This document shows, one piece after another, positions 25,746 to 39,174 of a DNA stretch of 64,000 bases (its first letter is position 1; each line of letters starts with the position of its first letter). The notes under the pieces are model-generated. The model searched no databases and was not told the origin of the DNA. It saw only the letters and a program-made list of their open reading frames with translations. A program made the position numbers and the translations under genes. This stretch comes from Laetmonice hystrix (taxonomy: Eukaryota), in NCBI GenBank assembly GCA_965235115.1, contig OZ249436.1:6264001-6328000 (forward strand), in the 5' to 3' direction.

Positions 25746-28166
25746 CTAATATCGGCGTAATTCTGACTTTGTCATCATGATTTGATCATTCTTGAAACGA
25801 TGCAAATTATGTGCAAAAATATTAGTTGCGGAGTCTGTCTGTGCTCAAGTTTACAACAGCATTTTGTAGTTCACAGATGTGTTGCTGACTTTAGACATAG
25901 AAAACACCGTTGGAAACCTTATTAGAATATACAATGTCGTCACAGATTTTGCGTGACAAGCACCTGTAGTTGTAAAGGTCACAAGTGTTCCACATTTTTC
26001 AAAAAAAGTTATAAAAAAGAAGAAATTCATGATACTAATTTATAAACTTTATACCGTCCAAAATCCATTCTCATCACCAAGAATTCCCTGTGAATTGGTT
26101 CATTATTCACACCGTGAGCTCATTTTATTTTATTTTTATTCCCAACTGAGCATGCCCTTCTCCAGCAATACATTCGAGTGAACAACCTCCATTTTCTCAA
26201 ATTTCCTGCATTCAATATCACTTCAAAGATGTCTTTCTTACATATGATTTTGACGAAGCAAGTAGATCTAGCTACTAAGGACAGCGACACTATCTACGGA
26301 AGCAGCCTCTGTAGTTAGCACAGGGGTGCTTTGACATGGCTCGTCGTGAAAGGCCACGTAGACTTTTTCTTTTTCCTGTCTGCCAAGTAGGTTTGACGTG
26401 GATGTAATTTGCACGGACCTAATATTTTCTTTGGCTTCATCCTGTGATGTGGTTAGAGCTGCTTCACCTTGTAGGAAGAGAGATGTACAAAACAAATGTA
26501 CACGCATGAACAATAACAATGTCGGTAAGACGTTGTGACATTGGCTGTTGGCGGATGTAGGCGCATTAACTCCTTCCGGGCCGATCTCCTGACGTTGTTA
26601 TTCTTGGAAATGACTCGAGGCAAAGCCGACCCCTTGAGAAGTGGGCCTAAGCATATTGCACGGGATGAAAGTCTGTTTCGAAAGTCACGATTCTTGATTC
26701 ACATTGCTGCTTTAACTAACAAAACTCAAATGGCAATATGTAAACTCAGCCGTGTAAATTCTGGCCTAAGTTGTAGAGTTATCGACCTAGATACCGTGCT
26801 TTCATGTATTTTGTGTGTTGTATCAGGAAACTGGATGATACCATAGAATAACAAAAAGATATGTCTTTGCCCCCAATCCCCCTTCTGAAGAGTATTAAAT
26901 ACCTGCGATACCTACAACAATCTATAAAATATAGGGCCTCTAAATGTTTGTCTGTGGCATCTCCTGTAAAGAAAAGAGACGGAGAGCTTAAATAACGTTT
27001 CTGTTTAAACAACATGACTTCATATCAGAGAAAATAATCATCTTGTTTTCCTTATGCTCCGTAGAAATGTCAAATAAGATTTCAATCATTTTACAACTGT
27101 GAAGCGCATGAATGTAGACTTTATATGTAGGCATGTAGGCCTACACATTCTGCATTCTGACGTATTTCTTCCTTCCGTGACATTCCTCTTTCCAACTGAT
27201 TGAGGACAGAAAATAAATAATGTAAAAATCTGTGGGAGAATGTCCAATGGGATAGGTGAGTGCATGGTCTGTGTGTCGTGATCATTCGTTTCTCAAGAAT
27301 ATTGTCTTGTGATACGATTTATTCCCCTGCTATAAACATTGTTCATGTTCATGTTACACTATAGTTTGTTGACACCTCGATAGAAAACAAGGATACTGAT
27401 GAGATTCCGAGCATTGTCTATAGGATCCACTCATGTTGTCATGCCCCCAAAAACTGTCATTATACGGAATTAGGCGAAGGGCGTATACGATGACAACAAT
27501 GAATGGAATTCTAACGTCCTTGATGGTAATCTTCCTTCATGTAAATAGGCAGTGAACGATCTGTAGGATGAAAGGTCATCAATGGCATCAGCGCCAATTA
27601 ATGAGCGTCTTGCCTTTCAGCACGTTTACTGTAAGAACGCCGGGAGAAATGGAGGTGAAGTTATTTTTGTTAGAATAATCTAGTTTTTGAGGCAGTAAAA
27701 CGGCTCCCTTCATTCTGTCCTCGAGTTTGGCAATGGTCGTGACGTAAAGGGGAGCAGACGTTGACCGCCGCGGAGACGCGCCAGACGACGCCATGCAGAC
27801 GATCTGTCGTGCAGTCGGTCGCCTGGCATGACGCGGAGACAGAACATGTGCGGTCTGTTCTTCACTACCAAATAATTCCCTGTTCCTCGGTGAAAAAAGG
27901 CAGAGAACTGTTATTTACGGACGTTTACTGGACTGCATATTTAGCATGATTGAGAAAATTACTAATCTTCATGGCCATCGGGAGCAGCTGACAAGAAGCT
28001 CAGTCGATCGTAGGCGGGCCCTGTTATACGCTACGTTTCCCGGTCACCAATGATATTCCGTCGGAGATAAAGCAGTCGACAGTAGGTTGCCTGACGAATA
28101 GTTCTCTTCACAACCGATAGGCGCTGTTGGCGGTGAAGAGCTCTCCGGGGTACGGCAAACAGAGCC

Positions 28167-31100
28167 ATGCTGCGGACTCAGGTTGGCGTCGTGCTGGCTG
28201 GGATGCTGCTTTTCTTGCCGTTTGTTGCCGTTGCACAAGAAGAGGTAAGTATATATTATACGCGCAATCTCCCGATTTGTGTTACTAGATCTTTCAAATC
28301 ACCTGCCCCAACTGTGAGAGTATACCGTAGTCCATTCGTCTGACCTCTTGGAGTGGATGCGAGGGATGTTATGTTTAATCAGTGAAGTGTTCAAAAGGAA
28401 TGACATAAGCTTGGATACTTAAAACCATTCATGGCGGATTGGATTGCCATCGACTTTTGGTGGGTCTGGTGCGCCAAGACAGGGCATTTCAATTTGGTCA
28501 TTGCACATGGCACAGGGGATATTCCTCGACACACATGGAAAGCGTATGGCGCCAAGAAATGGTTGAGTGTAACCATGAATGTGTTAATTCGACGTCCCAA
28601 GATATGGCCTACAAGGCGAGGCATAAAGGCCCATGTCCACTAGGCCCAGTCACACTAGGGGATACGAGGGGTTACGACGGGTTTATGAGTACCTACGATG
28701 AGCAAACGCAATAAATCGCCGTATATCTTAAAAAGATCGTGCGACAGGTCATGAGTGATCGTGGGAGGTCGGGAGGTAAAATTTGTCGTAGCGCGGATTT
28801 TGAACATGTTCAAAATCCAGTCTACGATTTTGAATATGTCTACGATTTTTTTACGTTCTTATATAGTCGTGCGATGGTCCTGCGATGGTCGGGGGTGGTC
28901 GTGCCTTATCGTGGCTAGTGACAGTCGCACAGTCATCACAAGACCACCGCACAACTTGTCCTGCGACTAGTTGCTATTGCACAGTTATTCCCACGACTAT
29001 CGCACGAGTAAACCTGACCATTCGTACGATTGTTCCTTGACAATCGTAGCTAATCTTAGGTAATCGCACGCTTTGTCTGGATAATTCCTGCGAGAAATCC
29101 TATGAGCATTTGTGCTACGGATGACAACATGGTCGCAAACTAATCTTTAGTGTGTGACCGCTATCTCATAATCGTAGAGCGATTCCACGACAGGCCTCCG
29201 ACACCTCACGATCCCCGATTACCCCTGCCTATCGTGCGATCCAAAATTCGTACGACTAGATGTGACTGGGGCGATTGCCCTTGCGACGGGCATACGATTT
29301 TTTATTTGATTTTGGAATGTCATTCTGTAATTTTTCCTGACTGGCCTCTGGAAATGGGTTCCATCGTTTAAAGCACAGTAAAATAAAAGGGTGATGTCAA
29401 AATCGCATGGACGTCGCAAGGACAAGCGCAATCACGTCAATCAAGGGCAAGCATGCATTCCTTTTAATGCTTCATAAACTTTAGTATAGCACCGTAGAAT
29501 TTTAAAAATTGAACATAAAAACAGAAGTCCTCTGGATTAATCAATTTACGAAAACATTATGATGTTTAGATCATAGAACTGTATTTTTGGATATAGGGAC
29601 AGAAGTTTACATGTAAGGGACCTTTTTATCAGGAACCATATTCAAGGTTGTGCAGAAATAACGGAATAATTAACGGCGGGCATAGAACAGCAGTATTTGT
29701 ATTACTATTTTATCTTAGCTTGCTTCTCACATAACATTGTCGAGTATAAATCTATCGGCTACTACAAGATCTAGATTCATCCAGAACAGAATCCACCTAG
29801 ATTGCTCTGAATTCACGACACCGCAGGTCGGCGCTATGTCTGCCACATGTACTCAATCCAATAAATGATTTAACTTCAGTGCACAAAGGATGAGCACTTC
29901 ATTCAAAATTCTCTTAAAAATAAACGTTAAGGCGGGGTTTAAAGAACAGTACTTCATTGTCTGCTCGCCAACGTGAAACACCGGGTGAGATCTCCGCAGT
30001 TGTCAAGAGCAGCAAAGCTTTGTTGAACATCAGTTTGTCTGTCTGTCTGTCCGCCAGTGAGCATCCCAGAAGTGGCCGATACTGAATGAATACTAGGACT
30101 ATACCGGCGATTCGAAGCCGGTCACTCTAAAAAGTGGCCTTCAAGTCAGCCCAGTATTTCCGGATATCAGATTGCGTCCGTACGTTGATTATAGATGGAG
30201 TAAATAGATGTGGAAATCTGTCCATCAGACATAAAACAATGAGGCTATGGATGGAGTAAATAGATGTGGAAATCTGTCCATCAGACATAAAACAATAAGG
30301 GTATGGATGGAGTAAATAGATGTGGAAATCTGTCCATCAGACATAAAACAATGAGGCTATGGATGGAGTAAATAGGTGTGGAAATCTGTCCATCAGTCAT
30401 AAAACAATGAGGCTATGGATGGAGTAAATAGATGTGGAAATCTGTCCATCAGACATAAAACAATGAGGCTATGGATGGAGTAAATAGGTGTGGAAATCTG
30501 TCCATAAGACATGAAACAATGAGGCTATGGATAGAGTAAATAGATGTGGAAAGCTGTCCATAAGACATAAAACAATGAGGCTATGGACCGGAAATGTACC
30601 TGATGGTATCGGAGATATCGAAGACTTGAATGAACATGAATGGCGCTTGGGACTGCCATCGATTCCTTTGGTTTCCAATGGCAGTCAATATCACTAATAC
30701 TATAGGATCCATGAAGGTCAGCAGAGAGGGGAAGGAAAGATAACTGGATAAGAGAATGGTAGGGGGCAGACCGCACCCCTATATGTAAATATGCTGTCAA
30801 AAGTATGTAAATATGACATAGAGATGGGTAGATTGGAAGATCTCCAAAGATGGTTCGGGATATCTGGGACGATGGGTTGGAAAAGTAGGGGGCTGAAAGA
30901 TAATATAAATAAGGATGTAAATGGGGAGAAATATACACGATTAAATGGTAAATAGAGAGAGAGGGAGAGAGGGAGATAGAGGGTGAGAGAAATAGAGGGA
31001 GAGAGAGATAGAGGGAGAGAGAGATAGAGGGAGAGAGAGATAGAGGGAGAGAGACGGAGAGAGAGATAGAGGGAGAGAGTGGGAGAGAGGGAGGGGAGAG

Positions 31101-34100
31101 GGAGAGATAGATAGAGGGAGAGACAAAGGGAGAGATATAGGGAGAGATAGAGGGAGAGAGAAAGGGAGACAGAGAGAGAGAGAGGAGAAAGACAGAGAGA
31201 GATAGACAGAGACAGAGAGGGAGAGAGAGACACAGAGAGAGACACACAGAGACAGACATAAATATGAAGAAAGGAAACTGGGGCGACGAAAACTATACCA
31301 GAGAGAAACTCGGAGAAACCGTTAGCAATGACTAGAGGCAGGTAAAATAATTAGCCACCCGAGTTATCCACTGTCATTTCCATGTAAATCCCATTCTAAA
31401 CTTTATTCTCTCCAATGCGTACATGGCTCCATCCTTCAGACAGACAGAGTGTCGACATGATGTGCGTGTGTCAAGGACAGACCACCACGCCGACGTCGCC
31501 GATATCATTATCCGTCCAGTGTACGCGACAAACGTCATGCGACGCTCGTACAAACGTCATAACCGCCCAAACAATGTTTTGTCGTTCGTGTCGAAAACAT
31601 TGTTGAAGATCGATTCTTGGCGCGTTGAATAGTTTATTCGGCAAAGATAACCGTAACCGCCGTCTCTACACATGGTAATACAAAAAAAGTGGCGACATTA
31701 TTGCTACATTTGATGCCGTTATATTGCTTTATAAAGAAATATTTTACAAATGTAGGCCTGCATGAACATTTCATGGTTCGGTCCTTTTTTTCGCCTGGCC
31801 TTCTCGGATCTATGTTAATGAGACACACAAGTCGTAAGAGACGGTAAATTGATATGATAACACACGTTATGCGTTATCCCTCGGACCAATTATGATAACA
31901 CACGTTATGCGTTATCCCTCGGACCAATTAATGTGCTGATTTACATGGTGATTGGGTCAGAGGCAAATATCAACATCACATTTGACCTTTTCGGCGACTG
32001 CGACCAGAAAGTGGAAAACAGATGGTTTACATCTCTCCAGATCTATGTGAGCAACTGTCTCTGTATGCTTCCTTGGTCAATACATTTACCTACAACCGAT
32101 GAAAACAGATGGTTTACTTCTCTCCAGATCTGTGAGCAACTGTCTCTGTATGCTTCCTTGGTCAATACATTTACCTACAACCGATGAAAACAGATGGTTT
32201 ACTTCTCTCCAGATCTGTGAGTAACTGTCTCTGTATGCTTCCTTGGTCAATACATTTACCTACAACCGATGACAACAGATGGTTTACTTCTCTCCAGATC
32301 TAGATCTGTGAGCAACTGTCTCTGTATGCTTCCTTGGTCCATACATTTACCTACAACCGATGAAAACAGATGGTTTACATCTCTCCAGATCTAGATCTGT
32401 GAGCAACTGTCTCTGTATGCTTCCTTGGTCAATACATTTACCTACAACCGATGAAAACAGATGGTTTACTTCTCTCCAGATCCAGATCTGTGAGCAACTG
32501 TCTCTGTATGCTTCCTTGGTCAATACATTTACCTACAACCGATGAAAACAGATGGTTTACTTCTCTCCAGATCTGTGAGTAACTGTCTCTGTATGCTTCC
32601 TTGGTCAATACATTTACCTACAACCGATGAAAACAGATGGTTTACATCTCTTCAGATCTGTGAGTAACTGTCTCTGTATGCTTCCTTGGTCAATACATTT
32701 ACCTACAACCGATGAAAACAGATGGTTTACTCTCTCCAGATCTAGATCTGTGAGCAACTGTCTCTGTATGCTTCCTTGGTCAATACATTTACCTACAACC
32801 GATGAAAACAGATGGTTTACTTCTCTCCAGATCTGTGAGCAACTGTCTCTGTATGCTTCCTTGGTCAATACATTTACCTACAACCAATGACAACAGATGG
32901 TTTACTTCTCTCCAGATCTGTGAGCAACTGTCTCTGTATGCTTCCTTGGTCAATACATTTACCTACAACCGATGAAAACAGATGGTTTACTTCTCTCCAG
33001 ATCTAGATCTGTGAGTAACTGTCTCTGTATGCTTCCTTGGTCCATACATTTACCTACAACCGATGAAAACAGATGGTTTACTTCTCTCCAGATCTGTGAG
33101 CAACTGTCTCTGTATGCTTCCTTGGTCCATACATTTACCTACAACCGATGAAAACAGATGGTTTACATCTCTCCATATCTGTGAGCAACTGTCTCTGTAT
33201 GCTTCCTTGGTCAATACATTTACCTACAACCAATGACAACAGATGGTTTACATCTGCCAGAGGTCTACATATGCCATAAAAATCTACAAAAGCCATAGGA
33301 TTATTGAGGGGGGGGGAGGCCCCCCAATACAATTATTATGGCGGGGGAGTGCCCCCTGTCCTCCCCCACTTCCGCCGCCTATGCACAGATACTTAGTATA
33401 AAATCAACTTGACGATTGGACAAGCTGTTTGCCGAGAACAAATCCTTACTTTCTTACCGCCCGGTTGTCAATATCTCCCCCTGGCAAGTATTGAATCTAT
33501 TTCCAACGTGTTGCAATGTTGTGCTCATTAAATACAAGCCAGCAGCCGCAAGCCCTTCCCCCTCCCATACGACGTAAATGTCACTGTGAATTGGGACGGA
33601 CTATGAGCAGTTAATTCAGACATCGAAGTCAGAGAACCTAATTAGACAAACATATAGCCTCTTAGTATTTTGACCTACTTATGCAGTGATATTTCCACTG
33701 TAATATAATGATGTCATGTTATGTCATAGAAATCTTTCCATTTAAATTCAATGACTGATTTAAATGAATATTGGAATATAGAACGAATGCTTCTGGTAGT
33801 TGGAAAGTTCTTTGAAAATAACAGACCGACTTTCATATTTATTTTTTCTTTATCGACTGTAGATTAACAGAAACATATATTTCAAAACAACTTATAGGTT
33901 TCAAACTGCTCTGTTGGCACTTTAAATTCTGAAAGTTTCCCTATTTTATTGAAATGTTGGCATAATTATTCACATTCCGTGTAATGAAAATCAAGGCAAT
34001 TTCATTTGTGGTATTTTTTTAATGAATAACTGCCTGCCCACCAGAAGGTGCCAGGACGAGGGATATATTCATGAATCCAAGTCGACCACCGGGAAATGTT

Positions 34101-34219
34101 GGTTGACAGTCGCAAATGGTGGACATGATGATTGGGAGGATCGGTATTATTAAAAACCTTCTGGGGCGCATCCTTTGTCAGGGTGAAACCTGTTAATTAG
34201 CGAGGGAGAGAGAAAAAGC

Positions 34220-34272
<53 letters not shown>

Positions 34273-37200
34273 CCGGAGAGACAGAGAGGGAGAGAGAGGG
34301 TGAGAGAGAGGGAGAGAGAAGAGAGAGAAAGAGAGGGAGAGAGAGGGGAGAGACAGAGAGTGCACACGCAGGATGTGACGCAGTATGACGGGTTGATGGG
34401 AGGTTGTCTACCAAATTTGGCGGGAGATGTGCTATCGGGAGAAATCTATGCGTTTAGTCGTATAGAACCTATACTTGTGCTGCATACGCAGCGAAAACAC
34501 GTCAGAGGACGAAATGCTGTGGTAGAATTATTTACTTGGATCCCTAGTACACAGTCAGGTTGGATAACTGCCGGAAATCCTCCAAAACGTGTTTCATAGC
34601 ATGCCCCTTTAAACCTCGTTTCACGATGAGAAATACGGATGGCATACAGATGCCACCGAGAAGGGGGGGGGGGTTAACAATTCATATCTGTGTTTGACAA
34701 TGCCAAACGTTCACTGGAATTCCATCGCCTTTGGTAGCACAGCGTTTCTTGTTGGTTGGATGTAGGCCTAAGGACATCTAGACATGTATAGCCGGCGTGT
34801 TGACGTGCCCTTCACCTTTCTCAATAAAGTAATTAGCTAGACACTGCACTGATATCCTGTTTCACCTATACCTATCATGTCTGCATCACTTGATCTATGT
34901 GTGGGTGGTATAGGGTTGGGGGCATACCTGTCATGGTAGGACTAGGCGCATTTTCCAATCACTTGGGTGGGATAGGGTTGGGGCATACCTGTCATGGTAA
35001 GACTAAGCGCATTTCCCAGGTTTTTACTCTGTATAGCTGTATTGGGGGCGGCATGCCCCCCTCTTGGGGGACCCCCCCCCCCCCGACAGCGGCGCCCCTG
35101 AGAGGTCCACATCTAGTATACAATCGCAAACTTACAAGGGACTGGTGAATGCTGTCGTGGTAAGTAGCGGCGCATCATTTCTCTAACGCCGCGCACACAG
35201 GCTCCGATATCTCTCAGTTCGTCAGTGGTTGGTCTCCTGTCAGATAGCATCTCACTTTTTCTAATGGAACTTGTCAGCAAAACCATTAGGGCTGATCCTG
35301 CGGTTTCCTTGACGATCAACCTGTGACATGAGCAGTACGCCAAGCCACAGATCCACAGGCTTACTGCTATCTAATTAGTCACGATGTCGTTCGAAGACTT
35401 GGAATTAAAATCCTTGGCGCTTCTAGATCTGTTTCCCAATATAGTGCACACGTGTTTGTTCGGCCGCTTGCACATAATCTTTTTACCTCCACATGAAACA
35501 GTTAGAGTCATCCTCAATAAAATGTTATCTCTGAAAGAGAATTGTGGTATTCTCTATTATCGATTTATTTTACAATTGCTTAATTAGGGCTTAATGTATC
35601 CGTGATCAATACCCGCCACGCGGCGACGTTACGGCGGCTTTTAAACCACTTTAATCCTGCAAAATAACTTCCCTTTTCTTGAAAATGACAATATCAGTGC
35701 AGATAATCTACTTGTTGTCTGTCGGTAGTTTGACGTGGGGATCTAAACAATACTCCTCCGTTAATCCTGGCGCTTAGAGCAACCTAGCCCTCATTAATCA
35801 CCTTCTCCTTGAGGATCTCTCGGCAGTCCCCAGGCTCGGCCGACGGCTCAATCGCACGCTCAGCAAAGGTGGGGATGATTCGAGAGGTTTCACAGTTGGT
35901 GGTTTCACAGTTAAAGTCGTTCTGTTGACGGTACATTTAAGGGAGGTTATTCCTTAAAGACCATGCGGTGTCTTCAAAATAAACTGACTAATAGAAATCA
36001 AAACTTACCGAGTATATGACTATTATAATAAGTGCGTCCGCAAGCTATAGGAAAATAGACAATGTCCTTCGCTGAGAATGGTGTTGAGAAAGTTTCTCAG
36101 GGCAGGCCGAACGCCAAGGAACTGCAACTTTCATTGCCCCGGAAAGAAAACCCCACTAGTTTTAGAAAATAGTCCAAATACATTATTTTTAGTGTTTCTT
36201 GTACGATTATGAAAACACAGGTATTTTATTGCGTCTTTTATAATCATCAGGAAAATGTAGAATGGGAGCGCCTGTTATTGTTACCTTCTACCTTTGTTCA
36301 TGTCACCAAAGCAAAGGGCGGTGAGTGTACATGCATTTACCATTCTTAGACATCACAAGGTTCACAGCATTGGAAAATACGGAGTGAACGTCATGTGTGC
36401 GTAAGGTCAACTTTCTACGTAACTGAGGTGGGGCGGGGTGAGGTGGGGTGGGGCGGGGTGGGGCGGGGTGAGGTGGGGTGAGGTGGGGTGAGGTGGGTGA
36501 GGTGGGTGGGGGAGGGGGTTGGGTTTCCGAGTCGGCATGCAGTTTTACCTGTCAAGAGTACAGGGAGGGTGTGTTGCTGAGGTTACGTCTTGTCGACAAC
36601 GAAGGCTATCTACTCGGCGAACAGAGAACGGGGAACAGATTCATGTTCAAAGAAACAAGAAAGGAGAAATCTAGATAACATCAATCAGCCTAATGACTCC
36701 AGATCAAACCAAGTATATCTACATGCGTCCTCAAAGTCCTTGTCCCGAGCTTAATACTGCTGTTAACATTGAGGAGTGCAGTTAATTCCTTCTAAAATAT
36801 TGGTCACGGCCAAGAACTCAACCCTGCAAAAGATGGGTCAATAGAAACTGTATGTCACGTGTGTAACAAGGGGAAACAACTGCTCTAAGGTCCACTTGTT
36901 TGTTTTCAATGAATCGTAGCAGATGCACATTAAGTCAGCTCCTTTGGTTGTGTTTTTAGCCGATGGTGTGCAAATGTAATTGTCTCCAAAGGTACACAAA
37001 ATGACTGAACATGCCCAAATTGTCCTTTGGTTGTGTTTTGACGATGGTGTAATTGTCTCCAAACGTACACAGCACTACTAATGACTGAACCTGCCCAAAC
37101 TGTCCTCTGGTTGTGTTTTTGCCGATGGTGTAATTGTTTCCAAAGGTACACAACACTACTAATGACTGAACATGCCCAAATTGTTGTGATCTTTATCGTT

Positions 37201-38208
37201 TATCTATCAGCAATTTCATTGTGATATATTTAGCTCTCCTAAGATTCACTTATTCAAGTTCCGCGAGGTAGATTGTCCCGTCTTTGACCCCCTGATACCA
37301 CTGTTCTGGGTTCATAAATTTGGCTACATTTCGTATAAAGTTTAAAAGCAGCTTTTCTCGAGGTGAGCCTTGATCAATACACACATGAGTCTCAAAGACT
37401 TGTCTAAAGTGTCGGCGTCTTTGTTCTTGCAGGCATTTGAAGGAGGCGATGGGCCAGTTCTGTGGCGACATCTGGCGGAACACATAGCCACCAATCTCCG
37501 GCGTGGTCGCTGTACAGAGTTGATGGAAGCACTCACCAGGTGTCAGGACAGGTTGGATGGCCTGGCAGGTAATAATGGCGGTCGGACGGCCATTGCCCAG
37601 AACAGCGGCGGTAAAATACATAACAGGATAATAATGCCCCTACTTATGAAATGACGATCTGACTGCTAGCAAACATCGCTGCAGATAAGGTCCTATGTTT
37701 ACAGGATTGGATTTGTAGTATTAGCGAACGTGTAGCATACACGAACATCAGATCGACATCAGATCGAGCTTTGTGTTAGTTCTCGTGCTCCGATCATCTT
37801 CCCAGCGCCAAGATGTCAACATTAGGGGAAAAGACGATCGTCAATTGTAGGAAGTGATTTTGTCTGCAGTTTTCAGTATGAAATCGACACAAAATGTGAT
37901 AACTAGTAGTGCCAGTGCCATATGGACTGTCTTTGTCTGTTTTGTCTCATTTGGAATGACATTTTTGAAACTTGTTGAATTTTACCTTCGCTTTAATCTT
38001 TCTAAATCTTATCACTTGGTTCTTTGTTCATTATATTTGCAATGAATTCAAATATCTGCACATTCCTAAATCTAGTTCAATCTCAGTAATTATCCGGTTT
38101 GCCCTTTTGGTTCCAGGATACGCATCTAAAGCAGAACGATCCAAACGACATGATTGGGAAAAGTTAAAGGATTACTTCTCCCTGCTAGGATATGGTAGAC
38201 GTCGATAA
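28167..38208 (+). CDS. putative secreted prepropeptide (neuropeptide/hormone-like precursor), 3 exons, 101 aa
   Basis: Exons: 28167-28244 (MLRTQVGVVLAGMLLFLPFVAVAQEE|GTAAGT), 37433-37568 (TTCTTGCAG|AFEGG...DGLA g|GTAATA), 38117-38208 (GGTTCCAG|GYASKAERSKRHDWEKLKDYFSLLGYGRRR*). Phases 0 and 1 match. It has a signal peptide, an RSKR convertase site, a terminal G-RRR amidation signal and AATAAA at 38538. Linking exon 1 across 9 kb is inferred. Confidence 0.72.
28643..29272. mobile_element. non-autonomous PIF/Harbinger-like DNA element
   Basis: GGCCCAGTCACACTAG ... CTAGATGTGACTGGGGC inverted ends with internal TCGT/ACGA-rich repeats. Confidence 0.6.
30190..30588. repeat. 56-bp minisatellite, ~7 copies
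   Basis: Unit ATGGAGTAAATAGATGTGGAAATCTGTCCATCAGACATAAAACAATGAGGCTATGG. Confidence 0.92.
30955..31258. repeat. AG-rich low-complexity tract
   Basis: Directly visible. Confidence 0.92.
32014..33255. repeat. 85-91-bp minisatellite, ~14 copies
   Basis: Unit GAAAACAGATGGTTTACTTCTCTCCAGATCT(AGATCT)GTGAGCAACTGTCTCTGTATGCTTCCTTGGTCAATACATTTACCTACAACCGAT. Confidence 0.94.
34202..34360. repeat. (AG)n-rich tract
   Basis: Directly visible. Confidence 0.9.
34360..34608 (-). mobile_element. partial inverted copy of the 43290-43816 Kolobok-like element
   Basis: Reverse complement matches ~43290-43540; ends ...CATAGCATGCCCCT|TTAA. Confidence 0.8.
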
Positions 38209-38726
38209 TACAGAAACGTTTTACATGCCGGGTGTGAAGCCAACATACAGGCGACCTCCAAATGACTTGCACTCTAAACACAAGGCCATTTTATACATGG
38301 GAGTTCTTTGCAGTGGTTAAGGATGGACTATAAAATTTAGTCAAATTCAGGAAAAACGGAAACACTAAAGGGGCACTAACCACATGAGAGATAAAAGATG
38401 CTTTGTTTAATGATGCTTTGTTAATTTTTATTTTTATCTACCCCTGTATTTTTTTGGTTCATGATTCCCGTATAAAAAATCCATGCAAAGGAGAAGTCCA
38501 TGGTTACTCATGTACAGAGTGATCGTGATGTACCCTTAATAAAACGTTTGATGGTCAGTGTCGTTGCTATCATTATGTTAAGTATAGAATTGACGTTTTA
38601 GGTGTAGAAGGGAAATGAATGGCACACTGAAGGTTACCGTGGAATTAAAACAAGTCGAACAAGAAGGTGAACATCGAAACTTTAGGTTTCATAATTAGTT
38701 GTCATAGATGACATGGTGCGAATGTT

Positions 38727-39143
38727 TCAGTTAATCACTTGAAAAGCGTTGTTTTTGAGACACCAAAAGGCGACCCCTGGCGACGTGTCGTGGATACCGT
38801 TAGCGTAGAAGAATCCGTCCAGTGACGTATCGTTACCTGCAGTGGGCCAGACGGACACGGCTGAGGTCAGCATCCCCTTGTTGGACCAGATTCGGGGACC
38901 TGGCCGACACTTCTCCGTCAGGTCGACGTGTACACATCGGATTTTCTTAAAAAACGAAGGACCCGGTTGGGGCACTCCCGAATTGTCGTAGAAAAAGTCT
39001 CCGAGGGCCACGTAATCTGTGAGGAATGAACAGTTTAATTGTTAACTAAATCAACTCACACAACAGGGAGGACACGTGCAGACGAAGTGCACGTAGGAGA
39101 CATAAATCAATAATAATAATAGTAGTAGAAGAAGAAGAAGAAG

Positions 39144-39174
<31 letters not shown>

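Noticed and set aside
26268..27794. Possible minus-strand exons (ORFs 26268-26519 and 27588-27794)
   Set aside because: I could not assemble a phase-consistent model or recognise a domain.
5178..33255. CRISPR-like appearance of several regular arrays
   Set aside because: Head-to-tail repeats with no unique spacers and no cas genes, in eukaryotic context.
37250..37621. 123-aa minus-strand ORF
   Set aside because: No recognisable domain; it lies antisense to the better-supported plus-strand exon 37433-37568.
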